This document shows, piece by piece, positions 9,610-16,808 of a DNA stretch of 32,000 bases (positions are counted from its first letter, which is position 1; each line of letters starts with the position of its first letter). The notes beneath the pieces are model-generated. The model saw nothing but the letters and a program-made list of their open reading frames with translations, was not told the origin of the DNA and ran no database searches. The stretch comes from Promethearchaeia archaeon. Lineage in GTDB: Archaea; Asgardarchaeota; Lokiarchaeia; Sigyniarchaeales; SOKP01. Where the stretch lies: assembly GCA_046497275.1 (NCBI GenBank), contig JAWOFX010000053.1, positions 1-32,000 on the forward strand, in the 5' to 3' direction. The translations under genes and the position numbers were made by a program.

Positions 9610-9908
9610 ATTTTTTGGAATTTTTTTATAAATTTAAAAATATTTTTCTTATATACAAATTCCTTAATTATTCTTACGCTGAAATTTTATTTAAATTTTA
9701 TTAAATTTTATGAAAGTTTTAGGAATACAATTTGCTCAAAAGTTTTCAAAATTTAATAAGAAAGATTAAAGAAGAGAGTTTATCCTTTTCATGGAATTTT
9801 AGAAAAAAGTTATGTAATACTAGAATTTAAATGTATAAGTGCGTTACTAATTATGTCCTTAAAAGACAAAAGAATTGAGAAGGGAGGGGTAAGAGGGCTT
9901 TTTAAAAT

Positions 9909-9945
9909 AGAAATCGGATGCGGCCTCCCGCATCCTTCAAATTCT
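9909..9945 (-). other. GC-rich RNA hairpin with K-turn/SECIS-like core (function unknown)
   Basis: Minus strand reads AGAA-UUU-GAA-GGAUGCGG-GAGG-CCGCAUCC-GA-UUUCU. It has a perfect 8-bp stem (9916-9923/9928-9935) in an otherwise very AT-rich intergenic region. Confidence 0.45.
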
Positions 9946-10164
9946 TTATTAAATTAATACTGAAATATTATTTTAAGAATATATGTGCCACATTTGGAGA
10001 TTTCTAATCATTGAATTCATATATTCTCTTAGAAACACTATAAATGGGCACAATTATAATAATTTCGACCAAAAAATAAAATTTTCCTTATCCTCTTATT
10101 GCATATTTTAATATATCTTATAGAAATATGATTGTTTCTGAATGAAGAAGAAATAAAAAATAAT

Positions 10165-10806
10165 CTATGTTGATTCTGAATGATGTTGTAATAAATCTTC
10201 GTTAGTTTTTCCGAGTTTTATTGCTAATTCGGCTATAATTGCGTCTAAATACATAAAAGCAGCTGCCTCAAACTGAGTACCTTCAGGTGTTAATGCTGCA
10301 TGATTGGTCTCATCTCGTTCTCGCTTCGTTCGTCCTAATATTTTTATGGTGACATCACCTACTCGTCCAATCATTGTTTCTGGATGGGATGTGATGCATA
10401 TGATTGCATGAGGTTTTATTGTATTAACATAATTCTTCAAAAGACTTACCACAATACTCGTGGTTCCAGAACCAGATAATACTATTAAAACGTCCTTTTT
10501 CCTTATAGCAGGGATGCTCGCCAAATTCGTGACCATATATACTTCTGCTCCTAAATGTACAAGTCGTGTAGCAAAACACTGTAATATAAAAGCACTTCGT
10601 CCCGAAGCCAGAAGAAAAAATCGTCTATTATTCATTAATCCATCATGAACAATATTAACGAATTTTTGTGTATATTTAAAATTAAGATCCAAATGTTCCA
10701 TATTCTCTTTCAAGTTTTTCATGATAAGATCCATTGCTTGAAAAAGAATCCGCTTAGTTTTTCCCCCGTTTACATCCTGAAGTTCGGATTTAGCCTCATC
10801 AGCCAT
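10165..10806 (-). CDS. hxlB: 6-phospho-3-hexuloisomerase (SIS domain, RuMP pathway)
   Basis: LASGRSAFILQCFATRLVHLG, DVLIVLSGSGTT, ITSHPET.IG, LTPEGTQFEAAA. Confidence 0.85.
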   Translation of the reverse strand: MADEAKSELQDVNGGKTKRILFQAMDLIMKNLKENMEHLDLNFKYTQKFVNIVHDGLMNNRRFFLLASGRSAFILQCFATRLVHLGAEVYMVTNLASIPAIRKKDVLIVLSGSGTTSIVVSLLKNYVNTIKPHAIICITSHPETMIGRVGDVTIKILGRTKRERDETNHAALTPEGTQFEAAAFMYLDAIIAELAIKLGKTNEDLLQHHSEST

Positions 10807-10993
10807 TTAAAACACATGGAATATTTTTTAGTTTATATTTAATGTTGTGAGACAAATAAAAAAAAGATATTTATCAATTTAAATTTTTAATCAAGATATT
10901 TAAAATCCATTATTAATGAGGTATTTTAAAAAAGTTCTGATAAATTAATAATTATATATTTTTTTTTAATTAAGGAATTTCGAGAGATTTTCT

Positions 10994-11881
10994 CTATATT
11001 TCATTTAAAGGCCAATCAAGTAATGATTTGATAAGATTTGCAGTAGATAAATCTCCATCAGTTAATTTCCCAATAATAGTCTCTCTTTTAAAAATTCTTT
11101 TTAGCACTTTTCGTAGTAATTTTTCTTCTTCATCATAACTTTTTGATTCTTCTTCATAAATTTGATGTACTTTTTTATGTAAGTTACCAATTTCATCCAT
11201 TTTTTTCTTTATGAAATCTCTCCCCTCATAGAGTCCAGGACCGCTAAGAAAAATTTTTAAATTATTCATCCCTTCGGTATATTTATATAAATTCTTTATA
11301 GATTGGTAAATAACAGATATATCCTCTTGAATATCACTTGCCGCTCCAAATAACATTTTATATTTTGGCTGAATGGCATCAGCGGCGAAAACCCATTGTT
11401 TTTCCCTTTCGATGAGAATAATTTGTTCGGGAGCATGACCAGGCATAGGGAAGATTTCAAAAGTATATTTTCCTGAATTAGATATGATCCACTTAGGAAT
11501 TTCTTTAGCATTCACAGGTAATCGCTTCTGACCCCATGTTATTTGTCTATACTCTGGATATGTGCTTTCCTTTTTTAAATCCTTGAGGACGCCACTTGGG
11601 GCGTAAATAGGAATATTAAACTCTTGTTGGAGGATATAAGCACCTCCGCAATGATCCTCATGAGAGTGGGTGATCACGCATAATTTAATCTCTGATGTTT
11701 TTAATAAGGATTTGATGAATTCTCTAAAATCATCCGCACCAGCAGGAGGTCCAGCATCAATTAAAATTCCATCAATGAAAAAGAGGGAAGTAAAAAACGG
11801 ATTTGGAATCAAATCATGATCAGAAGCCCATTTCCATTCAAGAATTTTTCCATCTTCGTAATTAACGATTTTCTCAACCAT
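10994..11881 (-). CDS. MBL-fold metallo-hydrolase
   Basis: ILIDAGP, THSHEDHCGG (HxHxDH), MPGHAPE, VFAADA. The probable start is the ATG at 11881 (MVEKIV); the 41-aa extension in the track (from 12004) looks non-coding. Confidence 0.88.
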   Translation of the reverse strand: MVEKIVNYEDGKILEWKWASDHDLIPNPFFTSLFFIDGILIDAGPPAGADDFREFIKSLLKTSEIKLCVITHSHEDHCGGAYILQQEFNIPIYAPSGVLKDLKKESTYPEYRQITWGQKRLPVNAKEIPKWIISNSGKYTFEIFPMPGHAPEQIILIEREKQWVFAADAIQPKYKMLFGAASDIQEDISVIYQSIKNLYKYTEGMNNLKIFLSGPGLYEGRDFIKKKMDEIGNLHKKVHQIYEEESKSYDEEEKLLRKVLKRIFKRETIIGKLTDGDLSTANLIKSLLDWPLNEI

Positions 11882-12074
11882 TATGGGACTAATTCCTAAT
11901 TTTAATTTTGATCTTTTATCTATTAAAGAAAAATGAAAAAACATTCTTAGAATTTGGTATTTGATTAAATCTTGCCAAAGACTACTAATTCTAATTTTAT
12001 ACAAGAAATAATATAATTTTGATCTATATCCTATAATCTTAAACTTTATTCAATTTCAATTCTATTCATTTTAT

Positions 12075-13067
12075 ATGAAGTTGATTTTTTCGAGATTTGA
12101 TCCCACTAAAAAGATAATTCTGGTGTATTCTATTCCTGATCAAAATATCTCATCAGAGATACAAACAAATTTAGAGAAGTTCTATGATAAATATAGTGAA
12201 GAAAATCCAGAGGAAAGACTCGATCACTATGATATTGGACCATATCTCTCTTATATTTTCAAAGTTGAATCTGCATGGTATCCTGATGAGGAGGAAATAC
12301 TTATGCTCACCCTATATTTTGAGGAACATGAAAATACTCATTTTTTCAGACCAATCATGGAACAAACAATTTCAAATTTAAAAGAAATTCCCAATCTCAC
12401 TAAAATCTTGTATGTAAATACACCGCACGCAGATAATGAATCTTTTAAAATTTTCGGGAAAATCATTAGGATTTTAACGGATTGCTTCTTCGAATCTTCA
12501 AAATTACACTCCACCTATAATTTAGGCTTGTCGGAAGTGTTACTCTTGGGAGATAAAGGGAGTGGAAAAACATCAATAGTTGACTATCTTATTCATGGTA
12601 AATTTATTCCACAAACGTCTCCAACACTTACACCCCAAGTTTTTCGACTTGTTTATGATAAAGTTGATTTTCGTGTGTTAGATATTTGTTGTGAAGAACA
12701 TTTAAAAGAGGTTTTTGAAGATCATCCCTTGGAGTCAGGAAAATTACCCCAAGCGGTTGTATATGTGATTGATGCTACTCAAAATGAAAATGAATTGCAA
12801 AATTCGGTAAAGGATTTTAACGAATGGATAAAATTTCTGCGCAAAAAATATCCTAAATCTGTTTTTAATACACTTCCGTTCCTAATACTCTTTAATAAAA
12901 GTGATTTAATTCCAAATTTTAATTTTGAAAGATATAAAAAGCTTTTTAGTCCAAAAGATTTTGATTTGAATTTAAAATATTCAATGAGTTCAGTGAAAAC
13001 AGGGGAAGGATTAAATGAGAATTTTTCCTGGGTTGTAAACCATATAAAAGTAACAGAAAAATATTAA
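12075..13067 (+). CDS. Fusion of an N-terminal longin/uDENN-like domain and a C-terminal Arf/Rab-like small GTPase with atypical G3
   Basis: GTPase: G1 GDKGSGKT, G2 SPTLT, G3 position DICCE, VVYVIDAT, G4 FNKSD, G5 SVKTGEGL. The N-terminal ~140 aa (LIFSRFDP..IILVYSIP...YLSYIFKVESAW...EEILMLTLYF) resemble Asgard uDENN/longin modules; that part is judged by eye. Confidence 0.8.
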   Translation: MKLIFSRFDPTKKIILVYSIPDQNISSEIQTNLEKFYDKYSEENPEERLDHYDIGPYLSYIFKVESAWYPDEEEILMLTLYFEEHENTHFFRPIMEQTISNLKEIPNLTKILYVNTPHADNESFKIFGKIIRILTDCFFESSKLHSTYNLGLSEVLLLGDKGSGKTSIVDYLIHGKFIPQTSPTLTPQVFRLVYDKVDFRVLDICCEEHLKEVFEDHPLESGKLPQAVVYVIDATQNENELQNSVKDFNEWIKFLRKKYPKSVFNTLPFLILFNKSDLIPNFNFERYKKLFSPKDFDLNLKYSMSSVKTGEGLNENFSWVVNHIKVTEKY

Positions 13068-13132
13068 AAAATAGATTGGTACAAATTTATTAGAAAAAGA
13101 AAAAAAATAAAAAAGATTAGAGATTGAGCCCT

Positions 13133-13351
13133 TTATTGGTATTTAATTGCCAATAATAGATCATTCTTGGTAATTTTCTTCCTGTTTGCATGCATTGTGA
13201 ATTGTTTTGCTTGTTCAGTTAAGTTTCGAGCAGTCTTTTCTAAATGATCAATTAATAAATCGACTGCATCTCGAGCGACAATGCTCGCACCTTGTTGTTT
13301 CATTAATCTCCTGATTGGGCTCCATGCGAAAGTATGTTTCTTTTTAGCCAT
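13133..13351 (-). CDS. Archaeal histone (HMf-like fold)
   Basis: 72 aa: SPIRRLMKQQGASIVARDAVDLLIDHLE...HANRKKITKNDLLLA; GGAGG ribosome-binding site upstream. Confidence 0.93.
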   Translation of the reverse strand: MAKKKHTFAWSPIRRLMKQQGASIVARDAVDLLIDHLEKTARNLTEQAKQFTMHANRKKITKNDLLLAIKYQ

Positions 13352-13361
13352 TTTTAATTTT

Positions 13362-13470
13362 CCTCCACTTAGTTATTAGAAATTGTTAAAATTTCTATTT
13401 TTAATTTTTTTTTGATTTATTTTTTGAAGTTCTTAGATAATAATATATCTGAAGAGATATTTAAACTTAT
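13362..13470 (-). promoter_or_regulatory. Putative histone-gene promoter (BRE/TATA) and Shine-Dalgarno site
   Basis: Minus strand has caataag-TTTAAATA (TATA at 13458-13465) and GGAGG at 13362-13366, 10 nt before the ATG. This implies a leader of roughly 80 nt. Confidence 0.5.
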
Positions 13471-14018
13471 TGAAAAATTGGGCAGATAGTGGTAAGGTAG
13501 CAAAAAAAAAATTACGACAAAAATTTTTTGAATTCAATCTATAAAGTAAAATTTCAATAGCTATTATGTAGGATCATATTATGGATATGAGTTGAATTTG
13601 TTAAAATCACTATTCTTGAATGGAGAATATTGAAAACATTTGTTTTTACCTTAATAAAATAATTATGATTTTAGATATGAAAAAAAGATTGATAAAGTTA
13701 CTTACTACGGATCGAATGAGATAGAAGAATTTGTATGGATATGTATCTATCATAAGTATTTAATTTTATACTAAAAATAAGATGCAAATTGAAGATGATA
13801 AAATCAAATTTTCATAAAAACAAAACTTCTACACCAATAAAATAGTATAAATAAATGGTAAAAGATTTTATAGCTGGGAGAAAAGAATTATAAAATCAAT
13901 ATGAAAATATGTTATAAATTCTATATAAAACATACAAATTTTAGAAATAATTTTGGAAATAGATCTATAGAGGGTGATTAAGGGATGTGCTTCGAAATAA
14001 AAAAAAAATTATATATCG

Positions 14019-14852
14019 TTAAATATATTTTAAAAAATTTTTCTTTCTGTATTTTATCCCTATTATCGTTATAATTGCGAGAGCTGAGATCCCAAGAAAA
14101 AGATATAGATCATAACCAGGGATTCCATCTTGTTCTTCCGGTAGCAAATAGACTATTACATTTTCAAATAAATTAAGACCGTTGAATGTCATATCATCAG
14201 GGCCATTATAAAAACCCCATAAGATATAATCATCAGCTTCTTGAATTAAAGGGGAATAGAGAGATCCTTCCGAATCTGTAGCTAATACAGTAATATTCTC
14301 AGGAGCAGAATCAGTATAAATACTCCTTTTACTGGTTGAACTCGTATATATTTGTAGCGTTCCATTACTTATCGAATTAGGTTTTTGAAAAATTGATAGT
14401 GGGGTATCTGGAACATATAAACTATCTCCGCTACCAGTCGCTCCATATGGATATCCGATAAAAAATCCTAATTCTCCGAAAAATCCATATCCTCCTGTAC
14501 TTAATCCTATAATTGGTTTATTTGCACTCTTTATTGCATTTACTGTAGTAGTATTGCCCCAACTATTAAAAGCTCCACTCAAAGGATCAATTATTATGAG
14601 ATCATAATTTGAAAAACTCGTTGTTGGTATATCATTAATAGGTATTAAATCAACATCATAACTATCAGCTGTAAGAAATGATTGATATTGTGAAGCAATA
14701 GTATCATCAGTGTCATAAATAATAACTATGTTATTAGTAGTAGCATTAGATGTAATAGAGTAGGCGTTTATATTCCATGCTAGACTCACAAAGCAAAGAA
14801 AACATAAAATTGGTAATAAAACAAGAAAGGGTTTAATATTGTTTTTTTTCAT
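14019..14852 (-). CDS. Secreted/cell-surface protein with signal peptide and C-terminal Loki-CTERM-like sorting signal
   Basis: N-terminal MKKNNIK plus hydrophobic stretch; Thr/Ser/Asn-rich Rossmann/GATase-like core (YDLIIID, KPIIGLSTGGY); C-terminal DGIPGYDLYLFLGISALAIITIIGIKYRKK (IPGY, TM helix, basic tail). Confidence 0.8.
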   Translation of the reverse strand: MKKNNIKPFLVLLPILCFLCFVSLAWNINAYSITSNATTNNIVIIYDTDDTIASQYQSFLTADSYDVDLIPINDIPTTSFSNYDLIIIDPLSGAFNSWGNTTTVNAIKSANKPIIGLSTGGYGFFGELGFFIGYPYGATGSGDSLYVPDTPLSIFQKPNSISNGTLQIYTSSTSKRSIYTDSAPENITVLATDSEGSLYSPLIQEADDYILWGFYNGPDDMTFNGLNLFENVIVYLLPEEQDGIPGYDLYLFLGISALAIITIIGIKYRKKNFLKYI

Positions 14853-15107
14853 TTTAAATTAAATAGAGAAAAATTGTAATTTAGAATTATGAAATATATT
14901 ATTGGATAAATATTAAATATTTTCAGTATGAATTTTGTCCCGAAATAATTTCATAAAAAACCTCAATAAATTTGAGAACTTCAATTAACCCAATGGCAAA
15001 AAAATATGGTTTTATAAAATAAAAACTTAAAATTTTAATTGCTTTAAGAACTTAAAGAATCATAATTCTAAAAAAAAGCTAAATTCAAACTAAAGGTAAG
15101 AAGAATA

Positions 15108-15725
15108 ATGTCTCAAGAGATTATGGTCCCAGGAGCATGTGGCGTCGCGATTAAATGTAAGGATGGCGTAGTTTTAGGAAATGACAGGCGTGCGATATGG
15201 GGGTACACCGTAACTAATAAATCTACCAAGAAAGTATTCAAATTAACAGAATTTATTGGTATGGCGGCATATGGTCTTATAGGAGATTATCAGATGCTTA
15301 CAAAAATTCTTCACGCGCAAGCAAACCTATATAAATTAGACACACGTGAGCGAATATCGACAAAAAGCCTTGCTAAACTTCTTTCGAATTATTTATATTC
15401 ACATAAGATGGCTCCTCTCTACACAAATTTAGTGGTCGCAGGTATTGATAAAGATGGTCCTAAATTATTTACGCTTGATGCTATTGGATCATTAATTCCA
15501 GAAGATTATGGTACCACAGGCACAGGAATGCTTTTATCAATGGGAATTTTGGAAGCAGAATATGATCCAGAAATCAATGTTAAGGATGGGGAAAAATTAG
15601 TCGAAAAAGTAATTAGAAGCGCTATTAAACGAGATGCCATGTCAGGCAATGGAATTGATATTTTAACGATTACTAAGGACGGAGCGCAAGAAAAATTTAT
15701 TGAAATAGAAGAATTAGGAGAATAA
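15108..15725 (+). CDS. psmB: 20S proteasome beta subunit, probably non-catalytic (Ala at the Thr1 position)
   Basis: VAIKCKDGVVLGNDRRA, KKVFKLTEFIG, AGIDKDGPKLFTLDAIGS, RDAMSGNGID. The N-terminus is VPG-ACGV rather than G-TTT. Confidence 0.93.
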   Translation: MSQEIMVPGACGVAIKCKDGVVLGNDRRAIWGYTVTNKSTKKVFKLTEFIGMAAYGLIGDYQMLTKILHAQANLYKLDTRERISTKSLAKLLSNYLYSHKMAPLYTNLVVAGIDKDGPKLFTLDAIGSLIPEDYGTTGTGMLLSMGILEAEYDPEINVKDGEKLVEKVIRSAIKRDAMSGNGIDILTITKDGAQEKFIEIEELGE

Positions 15726-15884
15726 TTTTTATAATTTCTTTTTCTCTAAAATTAATAATATTTTAGTTAGACTTAAACATAGCGGATGAACTATTATTAT
15801 TAAAAATCATTAGTTATAATAATCAGAAATATATTCGTATTTCTAATTATAATTATCCAAATCAGAAATAATTGTAGATTCCTT

Positions 15885-16178
15885 ATGAATATACACCTAG
15901 ATGAAGAGACCAAAAAAAAAATCATTAAGATTTTAAATAAACATGGAATAAAAAAGGCTTTTTTATTTGGTTCCTATGCGCGTGGTGAAGGGACACCAGA
16001 AAGTGATTTAGATCTTATTGTAGAATTTCCTGAAGGAACTAGCTTATTTGATCACATATCTATCGAAAATGAATTATCAGAAACTTTAGATATAAAAGTA
16101 GATCTTCTTTCTAAAAATGGAATAAGTCCTTACTTTAAAGATGAGATTATGAAAGATGCGGTTGTGATATTTGGATGA
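15885..16178 (+). CDS. mntA: MNT (minimal nucleotidyltransferase) antitoxin
   Basis: LFGSYARGEGTPESDLDLIV (GSx10DxD) and KVDLL; 97 aa. Confidence 0.9.
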   Translation: MNIHLDEETKKKIIKILNKHGIKKAFLFGSYARGEGTPESDLDLIVEFPEGTSLFDHISIENELSETLDIKVDLLSKNGISPYFKDEIMKDAVVIFG

Positions 16179-16533
16179 AGAAAGAAAGAGATTATTTATT
16201 TTTAACCACATCTTTGATGCTTATTCCCAAATATCTAAATATTTGGAAAATATAGATTATGATAATTTTCAAAAAAATCGCTTACTCCAAGATTCTGTAA
16301 TGAGGGAACTTGAAATTAATGGAGAAGCAAGTAAAAATCTTTTAGAAGATTTTAGAAATAAATTTCCAGATATTCCTTGGAGATTGATAGCAGGTATGAG
16401 AGATAAATTAATACATGGATACTTTTCTATAGATATTATTGAAGTTTGGAATATCGCTAAACGAGATATTTTAGACTTAAAAAAGAAATTAGAATTGGTT
16501 TTTAATAAACTAAAGAACAAGTTGCAGAAATAA
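16171..16533 (+). CDS. hepT: HEPN/DUF86 RNase toxin (HepT-like)
   Basis: RELEINGEASK, FPDIPW..IAGMRDKLIHGY (Rx4HxY). TTG start overlaps the MNT stop. Confidence 0.9.
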   Translation: MDEERKRLFIFNHIFDAYSQISKYLENIDYDNFQKNRLLQDSVMRELEINGEASKNLLEDFRNKFPDIPWRLIAGMRDKLIHGYFSIDIIEVWNIAKRDILDLKKKLELVFNKLKNKLQK

Positions 16534-16808
16534 TATATTATTTAATGAATTTTTAAAATAATTAAAAAGATTTAGATATGAATATAATCTCCGATTATTT
16601 CGGGTAGATCTTAAATGAGAATTATCAAAAATTATTTAAAATCCTCGATTAAATCGAATTTAAACTTATAATTGTTTTTAAAAGAATTGCATTTAATATT
16701 TGGAGGAAAATTCTCCTATTAAAGAACTTAATTCTAAAAAGTGTTCAATAAAGATATATGTATGCTTTCATTTTTATAATCAAATTAGTTATTTTAACGT
16801 GAGTAGAA

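Noticed and set aside
9682-9711. Three AAATTTTAT direct repeats at 10-11 nt spacing upstream of the RHH pair (possible operator)
   Set aside because: Pure A/T; similar runs occur in other intergenic regions (for example ~3160-3200), so it cannot be told from background without binding data.
9520-9756. 78-aa + strand ORF
   Set aside because: It overlaps the 5' end of the RHH paralog in antisense and runs through low-complexity AT-rich promoter DNA; F/K/I/N-biased with no motif.
9853-9957. 34-aa + strand ORF MSLKDKRIEKGGVRGLFKIEIGCGLPHPSNSLLN across the GC-rich island
   Set aside because: No RBS or recognisable motif; the GC richness is better explained by the RNA hairpin.
9909-10806. A selenoprotein gene served by the SECIS-like hairpin
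   Set aside because: hxlB ends in TAG with no in-frame TGA, and I found no TGA-readthrough ORF between it and the hairpin. The TGA stops I checked (NOG1, MNT, ABC) are overlaps with downstream start codons.
13352-14018. 667-nt intergenic gap as a pseudogene or ncRNA (includes a 34-codon ORF from 13620 and an ATATCT-N4-AGATAT palindrome at 13445-13460)
   Set aside because: The fragments show no recognisable homology, there is no GC-rich stem, and a 6-bp AT-rich palindrome is expected by chance.
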